From the IMG/VR virus record IMGVR_UViG_3300025133_005691, positions 1 through 44,352 of that record: a stretch of DNA of 44,352 nucleotides. One strand, 5' to 3'. The position numbers and the translations under genes were made by a program. Below, in pieces: positions 19,157 to 29,513 of this stretch. The notes under the pieces are model-generated. The model was not told where the DNA came from. It saw only the letters and a program-made list of their open reading frames with translations, and searched no databases. The DNA is from a virus. Its lineage: Duplodnaviria; Caudoviricetes. Within the stretch, counting starts at the first letter, position 1, and every line of letters starts with the position of its first letter.

Positions 19157-20584
19157 ATGCCTATGAACCCTTTCAAAATAGGGCTTGGTACACGCAAGTA
19201 CCAACAGGACAAAGAACCTTTCCTCAAGTGCTCTGAAGGATTAAAACAAGGATGTGGATGTTGTCGTATTGGCCCTTGTGACATCTGTCTTGAATGGGAA
19301 GTGTACGGGGAAGACGCCGAACATGGAACAGCATTAGATAACGGATCTACTTGGACAGGTTCTGCGGGAGGTATTGTCTTTGTAGCCGGATGGGATGAGT
19401 ATACCTGCATCTTCTCAGTTACTCTTGACGGTGAAGAAGTTTACTCTGCTGTCCTCTGCGGCGAATACGGAGAAGAAACAGTCACTTGTAGAGACTGGGA
19501 CAACGAGGTGTCCTTCACTAAGGATGCCGGAGGTTATAACGAACAGTCTGGAACTTTCCGTTGGGCTAAGAAAACCCGATTGGAAATGATGGACCGCAAA
19601 GGAAGTAAGGACTACGGTTCTGAGAATGCCTGTGCTCGTCCCTTCTGTGGCGACGACTGCGACTGTACTCCAGAAGTACTCTGTGTTTCCATCGGTACTT
19701 CTTCAGACTACTTTGATTGTACGGGAGAGGTTCCTTTCACTGGAACCAAATGTGATGGTAAAGTAACAGAAGCGGAATGGTCAGGAGACATAGCGTGTAG
19801 CTCCGGCGATACTATGTCTGTAACTCTAACTCTTACCCGTAATGAGTATACAGATGAATGTGAACTCTCAGGTTCAGCCTCAGGAACTGTAGACGAAGAA
19901 GCCATATCTTTAGACTTGGAAGCTGAAATCATTTACGACTGTGTGACCATGTCTGCTATCTTCCTTGTTACTATCGGATACGAAGAGTATACCATCTCAG
20001 TCAACTCTTTAGAGTGTGACACTTGTGATCCTGGAGTCTGTCTAATCTGTTGCGACTCTGTTCCTCCTTTTCCTCCTTCCAACCTGGTCTGCCGTATCTC
20101 CTTAGGAGAAGTCATTCACCCAGAAGACCCGGAGCCTCCTATCGATCTAAGTTGTTGGTCAGATCTGGAGTTCAATCTTGCCTTCCTTTACGACGTAGAC
20201 GAGGATGACACAGGAGCATGTGAAGGATTCGGAACCACCAGGAGAGCTGATTGTATCGGAAACCTACTTGACGGAGAATTTGACGAGTCATGTTGTGCAG
20301 GAGGTCAATGGGTAGGAAGTGGAAGTAATAGTTGTGGTAACATAAGCGTATGCTTCATCCCCTGTGCTACTGTTATCTGTCCTCCTGACACAGATGAAAT
20401 CACTTATGTTGCATGGGATGTTCATATTGCAATCAGTGGAGGTCAGTGTGATGCTGAGGGAATGTGTTTAGTTTGCGGAGATACTATCGCATGGTCCAGG
20501 GAAGGGTTCCTGGTCTGCGGAGATACTCTTTTCACCCCCGGAACAGGATCTGTCGCATTGATTGTCGACATATCGGAAAGCTAA
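19157..20584 (+). CDS. Cysteine-rich acidic putative tail protein
   Basis: 38 Cys in 475 aa by my count; GCGCC, CDC and CC clusters. Confidence 0.7.
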   Translation: MPMNPFKIGLGTRKYQQDKEPFLKCSEGLKQGCGCCRIGPCDICLEWEVYGEDAEHGTALDNGSTWTGSAGGIVFVAGWDEYTCIFSVTLDGEEVYSAVLCGEYGEETVTCRDWDNEVSFTKDAGGYNEQSGTFRWAKKTRLEMMDRKGSKDYGSENACARPFCGDDCDCTPEVLCVSIGTSSDYFDCTGEVPFTGTKCDGKVTEAEWSGDIACSSGDTMSVTLTLTRNEYTDECELSGSASGTVDEEAISLDLEAEIIYDCVTMSAIFLVTIGYEEYTISVNSLECDTCDPGVCLICCDSVPPFPPSNLVCRISLGEVIHPEDPEPPIDLSCWSDLEFNLAFLYDVDEDDTGACEGFGTTRRADCIGNLLDGEFDESCCAGGQWVGSGSNSCGNISVCFIPCATVICPPDTDEITYVAWDVHIAISGGQCDAEGMCLVCGDTIAWSREGFLVCGDTLFTPGTGSVALIVDISES

Positions 20585-20585
20585 C

Positions 20586-23165
20586 ATGCACGCTTCAACA
20601 AAAGAACGTCTCCAGAAAATGAAGGAGAGAAGAAAAGGACGCACCTACGTGAAGACTCGCGTAGTTGCTCCTGCTGTTATCTCCCAGCGAAAGAAGGCCG
20701 CAACAGTAAGAGGGTTTACTGGCACATACCTGGCTAAGGATATCAAATGGTTAACAGGCGTAGGAGGAACCCGAAGCAAAGGTTGCCGTTGCAAAACCCT
20801 TGCCAATGAAATGGATAAAAAGGGGGCTGACTGGTGCGAAGAGAATGCTGACTACATCGTTGACAGGATGATGGAGAACGTAGAGCTTTTGGCTGAATCC
20901 CTTGGGGTAGCAAAGAGCATCTTGAATACAACAATAGGGAAGCTCTCTCTTAGGTCTGGAGCCAAACTTCTTCTCTGGAACGCTATCAGAAAAGACAGAG
21001 CTAAGAGATCTCCTACGAATAAAAAGAGACACAGTAGAAGACTTCCTAGAAGAAATGTCAATCCATCTTCTGAGCCTGTCCTCTTTGCCGACACTATCAC
21101 ACGAAACTTAATGGTTCATATCTTCCCAGTGAAAGGTAAATGGGAATGGTTAGTCAAAGTCCTGAAGGAAGCAGACAAAAGTTTCAATGGTAGACGTTTG
21201 ATATCCATTGTCCAGGAACCAAACAATAGGGTTAAGTATAAGACCAGGGTACTCAAACTGGACTCTCCTGATACAGTTAAAACAACTCTAGAAGGGTTTG
21301 ATTGTGAAGTCTCAATCAGACCTAACAACAAGGAAGAAGGAGAATACGTATCATTTGTCCCGATGCTGAAGTCCTTAAAAACAGAAGACAGCAACCAAAT
21401 TACTTTCTACTTGCATAGCAAAGGAACGAAGCATTCTAACTCTGAATTTGATTCCATACAGAAGTGGAGCCAAGCAATGCTTCTTCCTTTGCTGGATCTT
21501 CCAAGCGTAGACGCTGCCTTTGTAAGAGGTGCGAACCTGGTTGGAGCAATAGGAGGAGACGTTTTTAGTTCTGGTGATGCTCCTATGGGGTCTTTCTACT
21601 GGTTTAGAAACTCTGCTGTTCCTTCTCTAACTTCTGGTCATCGTCCTTTTTACTTGTCTGAATACTGGCCTTCTAAGTTTGATTGTAAGGAGTTTCTATT
21701 AGGTATCCTACCAGGGGAGAAACCTTTCAAATCGATGTACAAGGAATCCTTCTGGAGAAAAGGACAAGGTGCTCTTTGGGTTTCTGAATGGAATAAACGG
21801 AATGTCTTCAAGATAGACAATCCTTTGATTACTTTGATTACTCCGACTGGGGATCGTCCAGAAGCCTTCAAACTCTGTGAACAATGGATATCCAATCAGA
21901 CCTACAAAGGGGACATTCAATGGATTATTGTAGATGATGGAAAGACACCAACAAGACCTTCTCTTCCAGGTCAGGAAGTAATAAGAAGAGAACCTTCTAC
22001 TACAGATGCTCATACTCTTCCACAGAACCTGTCTGCTGCCTTTTCACAGGTACGAGGTGACTTCATACTCATCATTGAAGATGATGACTACTACCCTCCT
22101 GAGTATCTTGAACTCATGGTGTCTCAGTTGCAAACGGCAGAACTTGTAGGAGAACAAGGAGCCCGGTATTATTATCTTCCGTCTTCTACCTTTAGGCATT
22201 ATGGAGAGCATACTCACAGCAGTCTTTGTCGTACTGGGTTTCGTAGCTCAGTACTTCCTTTAGTTAAAACCATCTCTGCTACCTCCAACGAATCCATAGA
22301 CTTAAAGCTATGGGAACAATGGAAGGGAACCAAACAACAATGGCAGTCAACGACTATTGGCTGTATTGGGATGAAAGGATTACCTGGACGTAAATCTCAT
22401 AACTCAGTAAGACCTGAGACGCCTGATGACCACCTGATTACTTTGAAACGATGGATCAAAGACTGGGATCAGTACCTCCCGTATTTACCAACTCTTCCAG
22501 ACCCGATAGGAGCAGTAGTATCAGTAATAGTCAATGAGTACGATCCTCCTAGGCCGACAATAGTAGATAAGAACTTTCCCTCCATTCTTCTAACCGATCA
22601 TTCAATAGTGATATCTGGTTGGAACACTAAGGTAGTTAAAACAAAAGAACACCAGCCGAGAGAGTCTCGAAGGCTAAAGATTCTGGCTTGTAATGAATTC
22701 CCAGAATACGAATGGATTCTTTACTATGATGGTCAACTGCAGTTACTGAAGTCACCTACTGAATGGTTTAACTCTTGTAGGGCTCATGGAGATTCAGACA
22801 TTTATCTCTACCAGCATCAAAATAGAAATTGTATCTATGAAGAAGCAAGACAAATAGTTAGAATAGGAAAGGATACGGCTAAGAACGTAAATCCTCAAAT
22901 AACCAAATACAAACAACAAGGTATTCCTACAAATGGAGGTCTTTATTTGGGGGGCATTCACATAAGGAAGAACACTCCAGAAGTAAGGGCATTCGAACGT
23001 CTCTGGTGGGAAGAAGTTTCTTCTGGTTCTGTCCGAGACCAACTTTCTTTACCTGTCGCTCTCCATCGTAGCAAGGTAGACTTTATTGTCATGCCTCCTA
23101 TGCTCTGGTCAACTCAGTTCCAAAGATACGAACACGGTTCCAATATTAAAATAGAAGAGAAATAG
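20586..23165 (+). CDS. Multi-domain glycosyltransferase (GT-A/GT2-like plus DUF616-like C-terminal domain)
   Basis: LITPTGDR...IIVDDG...IEDDDYY; C-terminal IYEEA...RDQLSLP; central YLHSKG segment; ATG 20586 follows the upstream stop. Confidence 0.8.
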   Translation: MHASTKERLQKMKERRKGRTYVKTRVVAPAVISQRKKAATVRGFTGTYLAKDIKWLTGVGGTRSKGCRCKTLANEMDKKGADWCEENADYIVDRMMENVELLAESLGVAKSILNTTIGKLSLRSGAKLLLWNAIRKDRAKRSPTNKKRHSRRLPRRNVNPSSEPVLFADTITRNLMVHIFPVKGKWEWLVKVLKEADKSFNGRRLISIVQEPNNRVKYKTRVLKLDSPDTVKTTLEGFDCEVSIRPNNKEEGEYVSFVPMLKSLKTEDSNQITFYLHSKGTKHSNSEFDSIQKWSQAMLLPLLDLPSVDAAFVRGANLVGAIGGDVFSSGDAPMGSFYWFRNSAVPSLTSGHRPFYLSEYWPSKFDCKEFLLGILPGEKPFKSMYKESFWRKGQGALWVSEWNKRNVFKIDNPLITLITPTGDRPEAFKLCEQWISNQTYKGDIQWIIVDDGKTPTRPSLPGQEVIRREPSTTDAHTLPQNLSAAFSQVRGDFILIIEDDDYYPPEYLELMVSQLQTAELVGEQGARYYYLPSSTFRHYGEHTHSSLCRTGFRSSVLPLVKTISATSNESIDLKLWEQWKGTKQQWQSTTIGCIGMKGLPGRKSHNSVRPETPDDHLITLKRWIKDWDQYLPYLPTLPDPIGAVVSVIVNEYDPPRPTIVDKNFPSILLTDHSIVISGWNTKVVKTKEHQPRESRRLKILACNEFPEYEWILYYDGQLQLLKSPTEWFNSCRAHGDSDIYLYQHQNRNCIYEEARQIVRIGKDTAKNVNPQITKYKQQGIPTNGGLYLGGIHIRKNTPEVRAFERLWWEEVSSGSVRDQLSLPVALHRSKVDFIVMPPMLWSTQFQRYEHGSNIKIEEK

Positions 23166-23244
23166 AAGTACTCTCTCCTAATTTTCTTTTCAAAAAACCC
23201 TCTGTCCTTTCCCGTCACCTACCCCCTCTAAAGAATTCCTACCT

Positions 23245-23625
23245 ATGAAGACCTTAGTGATAATCTCATGTCTCGCCCCTGGGGTGGGTTGGTTATACAC
23301 CTTAGCTCAAACAGGGTTCAACCCTCAAGATGCTGCTCCCTGGTTGGATGGGTTAGCTTCTCTCGGCTTCGCAGGGTTTGCTTGGTTTCTTTTGGCAGTC
23401 AGAGACCCTCGTAGAGACCGAGAACATCGAGAAGAAAGGAGTTCCCAGTTCGATGCTTCCAATGCTCTTATGAGGGAACATAGAGAAGAGAGAGATCAAT
23501 GGCGGAATACCATGAACACCATCTCAGAAAGGTCTCACGCCTCCGCTGCGGAAGGACATAGAGCAGCTAACGATTTGAACGTCCAACTCCAACGAATTGT
23601 CGATCTGAAAGTTTCTCACGATTAA
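23245..23625 (+). CDS. Holin-like membrane protein
   Basis: Two N-terminal hydrophobic segments then a charged coiled coil, at the end of the late operon. Confidence 0.45.
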   Translation: MKTLVIISCLAPGVGWLYTLAQTGFNPQDAAPWLDGLASLGFAGFAWFLLAVRDPRRDREHREERSSQFDASNALMREHREERDQWRNTMNTISERSHASAAEGHRAANDLNVQLQRIVDLKVSHD

Positions 23626-23628
23626 ATC

Positions 23629-23657
23629 TTGACACCTGAGGTTCCTTCAACTAACCT
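23629..23657 (+). promoter_or_regulatory. Sigma70-type promoter of the replication module
   Basis: TTGACA-N17-TAACCT. Confidence 0.65.
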
Positions 23658-23715
23658 TCTGACATGCCGGTCACAACCCGTGACTGGAATCAGGTACTCA
23701 GAAGAAAGCACTCCC

Positions 23716-25248
23716 ATGCCTTGTCTCGTAGTAAACGCTGGTCCCGGTACTGGTAAGACTTCAACTCTTGAAGCCGGTATCAACCTTGTCTTCCAAAACA
23801 TTGAACCAGAGTACTCTCCTTCCTCCCAGCAACAGGAGATTTGGGGATGGATGGAAGACAACTGCCCTAAGGACAACGTCCTTGCAATGGCATTCAATAA
23901 GTCCATTGCTACTGAGCTGCAAAGCCGGTTGACGTTTGGTGAAGCCAAGACGATTCACTCTCTTGGTGCTTGCCTGCTGAATCCTTATCTCCGTCGTCAA
24001 GGTCTACGTCCCAAGCTGGACACCTGGAAGACTGCTAACATCTTCTGTGACCTTGTAGAAGCCAGGAACACCCATGCCTTGAGTAAGGATCACCGGGACA
24101 TTCTGGACGACGTTAAGAAGGCTGTCTCTATCTGCAAAGACTTCGTTATCGGATATGATGACCTAGATGCAAAACGTCTGTTCGATCTTCTCAACATCCG
24201 AGACTTCACTCCGCAGACCGACATCACAACTCTTGCCGGTTACACCAAAGACGTACTGCGTGTAGGAATTGAAACAGAAGAACGAATGGCAACATTCGAC
24301 TTCGACGATATGATCTATGTCCCTAACCTGTTCGACCTGAAGGCTACCTACTCCAACATTATGGTGGATGAGGCTCAGGACTTGAGCTACGGACGACGTA
24401 AGCTCATCCTGAATCAGAACTGTGAAACCTACGTCTTCGTTGGTGATCCAAACCAGGCAGTGTACGCCTTCGCCGGTGCAGACTCTGAATCGATGTCCAC
24501 CATTGCAAAGGAAGCAGACGCTGATGAGATGCCTCTATCCATCTCCTACCGTTGTGCTTGCTCTATAGTGGAAGAAGCACAACAATACATCTCCTCAGGT
24601 CAACTGGAGTCGGCTCCTGACGCTGCGGAAGGTGAAGTCCATCGAAACTACCCTTTCAATAAGATGGTGGAGGAACTGGTCCCTGGTGACCTTCTGCTGT
24701 GCCGTATCAATGCTCCTATCGTTGGTCTGGCATGGAAGCTCATCAAAGAACAGAAACCTGCCTGCATCGTAGGTCGCAACCTTGCAGCTAACCTGAAAAC
24801 CATCGTCAAGAAACTCCTGAAGAAAGACAACCCGAGCCTATCCACTTTCTTCCAGCGACTAAGCGAATGGGAAACCCGTCAGATTGAAGTTCTTGACAGT
24901 AAGAATTACGATACGACCGACGCTAAGGTCCGGTTGTCTGATCAGGTGGATTGTATCACTATTCTTGCAGGAGAAGCTGACGCGGTCTCTGAGCTGCCTC
25001 AGATGATTGATCAGATCTTTGCCAAGAAGGACGATGGTAGCAAGATTCGCCTGTCTTCCATTCACCGAGCAAAGGGGCTTGAAGCCGAACGAGTATTTTG
25101 GTATGCTCCTGAGAACACTCCTCACCGTATGGCACAAACCCCGGTAGCCCGAGCACAGGAGAAAAACCTACAATTCGTAGCTACTACACGTGCCAAGTCT
25201 GAACTGTACCTTGTCCCCGCACCAAAGAAGGACAACCTTGAAGATTAG
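23716..25248 (+). CDS. UvrD/Rep-like superfamily 1 helicase
   Basis: AGPGTGKT, VDEAQD, VGDPNQAVYAFAGA, SYRC, SIHRAKGLE, VATTRAK. Confidence 0.93.
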   Translation: MPCLVVNAGPGTGKTSTLEAGINLVFQNIEPEYSPSSQQQEIWGWMEDNCPKDNVLAMAFNKSIATELQSRLTFGEAKTIHSLGACLLNPYLRRQGLRPKLDTWKTANIFCDLVEARNTHALSKDHRDILDDVKKAVSICKDFVIGYDDLDAKRLFDLLNIRDFTPQTDITTLAGYTKDVLRVGIETEERMATFDFDDMIYVPNLFDLKATYSNIMVDEAQDLSYGRRKLILNQNCETYVFVGDPNQAVYAFAGADSESMSTIAKEADADEMPLSISYRCACSIVEEAQQYISSGQLESAPDAAEGEVHRNYPFNKMVEELVPGDLLLCRINAPIVGLAWKLIKEQKPACIVGRNLAANLKTIVKKLLKKDNPSLSTFFQRLSEWETRQIEVLDSKNYDTTDAKVRLSDQVDCITILAGEADAVSELPQMIDQIFAKKDDGSKIRLSSIHRAKGLEAERVFWYAPENTPHRMAQTPVARAQEKNLQFVATTRAKSELYLVPAPKKDNLED

Positions 25249-25251
25249 TCA

Positions 25252-25279
25252 TTGACATATCAAGCCAACTTGTTAAACT
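25252..25279 (+). promoter_or_regulatory. Sigma70-type promoter
   Basis: TTGACA-N16-TAAACT with TG extended -10. Confidence 0.65.
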
Positions 25280-25321
25280 TGTCTACCCATTAACCAATCT
25301 CCCTTGTTGAAAGAAGAAACG

Positions 25322-26464
25322 ATGACTCTCCAATCTCTGATCGAACGTGACGAAAACCAGGAAACTTCTGTGGTAACCAGCAGTGTTACCATCACCCCGG
25401 AAACGGCAGCAGAATACCTGGTTGACTACAATGATGAGAACCGACCTCTCTCCAAGTCCTTGGCGAAACAATACGCCAACGAGTTCCTTCGAGGTGAATG
25501 GAATGAGACTGGAGAGAATTTGATCTACGGCGTCGATGAGGCAGGCGAAACTCACCTTATCTCTGGACAACATCGTCTGGTAGGGTTATTGCACGCTCAG
25601 GAAATCTTTGATACTGACTCGAAATTCTGGAAGAACGCTGTACTGGTCTTGAACACTGAGATCACTACTGGCGTATCAATGGCCGCTGCTGACTCTGTCG
25701 ATAAAGGCAAGTCGCGGTCACATGTCGATGTGCTTTATCGCTCGCCAGTTATCGACGACACCATCCCCGATGCCTGGAACAGCTCTCAGGTACGCCGGAC
25801 CAAATGGTGTAAATGTCTTGCCACTGCTGCCCGTCTTGTATGGCAGCGAGAAGGTGGTAAGGCTGTATCATCCGCCGAGAAGTTTGTTCACTCTGAGATG
25901 CTTGACTTCATCGCCACACGTCATCCCGAACTACACCGATTCGTGACAATGGTTATGGATGCTCAGGACAACGATGGAGGGAACAAAGGACTCAAGGTAA
26001 GTCTCGCCTATCTTGCAGGTTTTTCATACCTGGCTTGCCTTGGGGCGGATGGTAAACTGATCGAGGACAACATGGATGTTGTTGAACAGTTCCTCGATCA
26101 GGTTGCATGTGGTACAGGCTATGACAAAGGTTCAGCCGCCCATGCAATTACAGGGTACTGGAACTCTCTGGACCCTGGTAGTAAGGATCGTGACTTAGAT
26201 GTCTCTGGTCCTTTGGTCAAGTGCTTTAGTTACCTGCTGGAAGGTGCAACAGGAGTCACCTCCCGTAAACTCAAGTTGAGTAGGAAGGAACGTACAGAGT
26301 ACAAGACCTTCCCTCTTCTTCTCCCCGGATGGGATGAGGCTTGTTTTGAGGCGATAGCTGAAGTAAAGGCAGAGGAAGCCGCAGACCAGAAACGGGTGGA
26401 TGATGAAGCTGCTGAAGCTCTTGCAGCCGAACTGGCTAATGAAGCAGCAGACGAAGTCGCTTAA
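25322..26464 (+). CDS. ParB/Srx-like N-terminal domain protein
   Basis: ITPETAAEYL...NRPLS...GEW...LISGQHRL pattern. Confidence 0.7.
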   Translation: MTLQSLIERDENQETSVVTSSVTITPETAAEYLVDYNDENRPLSKSLAKQYANEFLRGEWNETGENLIYGVDEAGETHLISGQHRLVGLLHAQEIFDTDSKFWKNAVLVLNTEITTGVSMAAADSVDKGKSRSHVDVLYRSPVIDDTIPDAWNSSQVRRTKWCKCLATAARLVWQREGGKAVSSAEKFVHSEMLDFIATRHPELHRFVTMVMDAQDNDGGNKGLKVSLAYLAGFSYLACLGADGKLIEDNMDVVEQFLDQVACGTGYDKGSAAHAITGYWNSLDPGSKDRDLDVSGPLVKCFSYLLEGATGVTSRKLKLSRKERTEYKTFPLLLPGWDEACFEAIAEVKAEEAADQKRVDDEAAEALAAELANEAADEVA

Positions 26465-26466
26465 TC

Positions 26467-26820
26467 ATGAAACCTCAGTCTGCCAAGGGCAAGGGTCGCC
26501 GCCTTCAGCAGTGGGTCCGAGACCTTTTAATCGAGGTCTTAGGGCTCCATGTTGAAGATGTCAAGAGTACGTCAATGGGAGCAGGGGGTGAGGATCTAAC
26601 CCTCTCCCATGAGGCTCACCAGGCGTTCCCTTGCTCGATTGAGTGTAAGAATGTTGAACGTGTAAACGTCTGGCAGACTTACGCACAAGCAGTTGCCAAT
26701 TGCGGTAACTATGAACCTGTCTGTGTAATAAAACGGAACCATCACAAGCCTCTTGTGGTGGTGGATGCTGAGTACTTTGTAAGGCTACACCTCGATGACA
26801 ACTCCCCCCAAGAAGCGTGA
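26467..26820 (+). CDS. Putative Holliday junction resolvase (PD-(D/E)XK)
   Basis: SAKGKGRRLQQ, GEDL and SIECKN motifs. Confidence 0.75.
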   Translation: MKPQSAKGKGRRLQQWVRDLLIEVLGLHVEDVKSTSMGAGGEDLTLSHEAHQAFPCSIECKNVERVNVWQTYAQAVANCGNYEPVCVIKRNHHKPLVVVDAEYFVRLHLDDNSPQEA

Positions 26821-27775
26821 ACCGTGGGACCCACGTAAGCATGGTGTATCGGTCTCCTGCCTTAACCTCTGGTTACAGGATAAACATGCCTGCTACCTGT
26901 CCTACATCGAGAACTGGGAAGCAGTAGAATCCTGGAACTCCAAGATGAAGTACGGCAACCTGGTTCAAGCTGGACTGGAAGGTTACATTAAAACCAGACA
27001 GGTCAAAGGTGCTTTCCGGTTCATCCAGACCGAGTATAAGCAACAGGTTGACGAGTACGGAATGGATAAGGACATCACCTGGCATTCCAAACTAGCCGAG
27101 CATACTGTGTCTGCTTTTATCCAGCGATACAAGTGCGACAAAGCCCTCCCCCTTTCCATCGTTAAGAAATCTGAGGAGAACTTACGTGCTGAAATTACTC
27201 TACCGTTCAGTAATCGCAACATTGTCCTCAACATGTATATCGATGGTGAATGGGATGACGGCATTATGGAAAACAAATGCAGGGGCTCATGGAAAGCAGA
27301 ATCCATCGCCAGAGAAATCAAGTGGGACCTACAATACAATTACTACCTGCTTGCCAAGTACCTCACCACAGGAACTATTCCCTCCAAGGTCTGGTATCAA
27401 CATATACTCCGTCCCGGATCATTTGGTTACCGTGGACCAAGAAAGAGAAAAACGGAGACGACGGACCAACTCCTCGGACGAATCGTAGTCCACATGAAGG
27501 AGAACCCTGACACCTACTTCTACCGCTTCATTGGTCGTCCCACAGAGGTAGACATCTCCCGTTTCAGTTACGGTTGTCTGTACCCTATCCTGGAAGCCTT
27601 CCTTGATTGGTACGAGTTCGTGACTGACGAAGACCGATTCTCCAAACCCAATCATTGTGACTGGATTACTCCCTACGGACTCTATAACCCATTCGTCATG
27701 GGAACAGAAGAAAGATTCCGTAACCACAGACTGACAGGTTCCACTGCTGGTCTTCGAAAGAAGGTGTTCAGATGA
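26795..27775 (+). CDS. PD-(D/E)XK exonuclease (RecB/Cas4-like fold)
   Basis: IDG...IMENK...QYNYY motifs; adjacent to Sak4-like ATPase. Confidence 0.7.
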   Translation: MTTPPKKREPWDPRKHGVSVSCLNLWLQDKHACYLSYIENWEAVESWNSKMKYGNLVQAGLEGYIKTRQVKGAFRFIQTEYKQQVDEYGMDKDITWHSKLAEHTVSAFIQRYKCDKALPLSIVKKSEENLRAEITLPFSNRNIVLNMYIDGEWDDGIMENKCRGSWKAESIAREIKWDLQYNYYLLAKYLTTGTIPSKVWYQHILRPGSFGYRGPRKRKTETTDQLLGRIVVHMKENPDTYFYRFIGRPTEVDISRFSYGCLYPILEAFLDWYEFVTDEDRFSKPNHCDWITPYGLYNPFVMGTEERFRNHRLTGSTAGLRKKVFR

Positions 27776-28689
27776 AAAAGAAAGTAGCTAAGAAAAAGGT
27801 CAGCAAGAAAGCTACCACCAAGAAAGTAGTAAAGAAACAGGTAGCCCAACTGGACAATCCTTTCCCCGTCCTGACTGACTACCAGGAACCAGGTAAGTTC
27901 ATTCTCATCCATTCCTCTCCCGGTGAGGGGAAGACAACGATTGCTGCCCATGCTCCAGATCCACTCTTCATCTTCACCAGCGATGAACAAGGCATTAAGC
28001 AAGCTCTCAGAGCTGGAGTTGTCCCAAGTTCAGTCAAGAAGTATCTTGTTGAACTCGATCCGGTCTGTCCTCTCGACGCCATCCCAGTGGATACAGGACA
28101 TCCCGGCTGGATTAAATGTATTGATACCCTCTTTACCTTCGAGAGTCAGGAGCACGACAGACGATCAGTAGTAATCGATTCCACTTCAGGTCTTCAGAGT
28201 TTATGCCACCAGCATACGGCATCTTTGCTGTTCAATGGTGACATGGTTCGTGATGACGGTTTCATGAACTACTACAAGGGCTACATCAAAGCAGCAGAAC
28301 AGTATTGGCAAAGAGAGTTCATGGCAACCTGCAGCCGCATCGTGGCTAAAGGTATGAACGTCATCCTCCTCTCCCATACCAAACTGTCCACAGAACCAAA
28401 CCCTGCTGGACCTGAAGTTAAGATGTACACCCCTGACCTGGATGCTCGTATCTGGGGCTTTACCAAGAAAGCTGTTCAAGGGACGTTGTTCCTCGGCAAG
28501 AACCGTAACTATAAGAAGGATCAGAATACTAAAAAAACAGTAGTGACAAATGAGACTCGTTTTGTGGGCGTTAACAACACCACATGGTACGAGGCCAAGA
28601 ACTGGTTTGACCTCCAGGATGATATCGAAGTCGGTGGTTCCGCTAAAGAAACATGGAACAACATCGCCACTGCACTGGAAATCAACTAA
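27772..28689 (+). CDS. Sak4-like AAA ATPase (ssDNA annealing protein)
   Basis: SPGEGKTT, VVIDS, VILLSH, AKN motifs. Confidence 0.8.
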   Translation: MKKKVAKKKVSKKATTKKVVKKQVAQLDNPFPVLTDYQEPGKFILIHSSPGEGKTTIAAHAPDPLFIFTSDEQGIKQALRAGVVPSSVKKYLVELDPVCPLDAIPVDTGHPGWIKCIDTLFTFESQEHDRRSVVIDSTSGLQSLCHQHTASLLFNGDMVRDDGFMNYYKGYIKAAEQYWQREFMATCSRIVAKGMNVILLSHTKLSTEPNPAGPEVKMYTPDLDARIWGFTKKAVQGTLFLGKNRNYKKDQNTKKTVVTNETRFVGVNNTTWYEAKNWFDLQDDIEVGGSAKETWNNIATALEIN

Positions 28690-28729
28690 CCCCTTTACCA
28701 ACTTTTATTCCTCACTGGAGATAAAACAG

Positions 28730-29434
28730 ATGTCAGTATTAGAACAATTCGCCAAGAACACTCGCATGAAGTCTCACCTCAAGCGAGCTTCTGAGTCCAC
28801 CCCCAACCAACGCATCAGCAACAATGACTTCGAAGGAGAAGACGGCGAGTACTTCATGGACTTCGTTAAGCTGAACGAGTTCGAAACCAAGGAGAAAGTC
28901 CAATGTGCAGAATTCCAGTTCCGCTTGGTCAACTGTGAAGGCCAGGAGGAACTTGCAGGTTCCATGTTGAACGTGTTCCTGATGTTCAAGGATGACGACT
29001 ACAACACCATCGAAGAGGTCATGGATACCTACATGCAGACCTGTCAGCTCATCGGAGTTGAAACCAAAGGTGGGGACATCAAGAAGATCACCGCTGGTCT
29101 TAAAGGGGCTGTTGGTACTTGCGTTAAAGGTGCTGTTGTCACCGGCAAGTCTGCCAAGAAGAACAAGTCTCTCTATCTTCGTGGTCCTGCTGAAGCTCCT
29201 GGAGCCTCTGAGGAAGTCGAGGAAGAAGTCGAAGAAGTAGAGGAGGAAGAAGTAGAAGTCACCGACTGGGTAGCCGTAGGAGCTGCAGCAGGAGAAGGTG
29301 ATGAAGAAGCTGAAGCTCTCCTCCTGCAGAACTGTCCTCGGGACCAGGATCCTGATGAACTTGAATGGGATGAACTCGCTGCCCTCATCGCCACGGTTCA
29401 AGGTGGAGATGAATGGGAAGAAGAAACTTCCTAA
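28730..29434 (+). CDS. Putative ssDNA-binding protein
   Basis: After Sak4-like gene; highly acidic C-terminus; GGAG RBS before ATG 28730. Confidence 0.6.
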   Translation: MSVLEQFAKNTRMKSHLKRASESTPNQRISNNDFEGEDGEYFMDFVKLNEFETKEKVQCAEFQFRLVNCEGQEELAGSMLNVFLMFKDDDYNTIEEVMDTYMQTCQLIGVETKGGDIKKITAGLKGAVGTCVKGAVVTGKSAKKNKSLYLRGPAEAPGASEEVEEEVEEVEEEEVEVTDWVAVGAAAGEGDEEAEALLLQNCPRDQDPDELEWDELAALIATVQGGDEWEEETS

Positions 29435-29461
29435 GTTAAGATAGGAAGTTTACTGACCTAC

Positions 29462-29497
29462 CAGGGCCTGCAGGAGTCAAATCCTCAGGCCCTGTTT
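29462..29497 (+). terminator. Probable intrinsic terminator
   Basis: CAGGGCCTG...CAGGCCCTG stem followed by TTT. Confidence 0.6.
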
Positions 29498-29513
29498 CCC
29501 TCTGGAGTCTACG

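Noticed and set aside
23178-23213. Similarity to 39767-39800 (CTAATTTT...AAAA...GTCCTTTCC)
   Set aside because: Low-complexity match with a gap; could be chance
23629-23715. ORF-track TTG start of the helicase, and similar long starts at 10072, 28550, 39818, 42130 and 43099
   Set aside because: They overlap promoter elements or upstream genes or lack an RBS; downstream starts fit better
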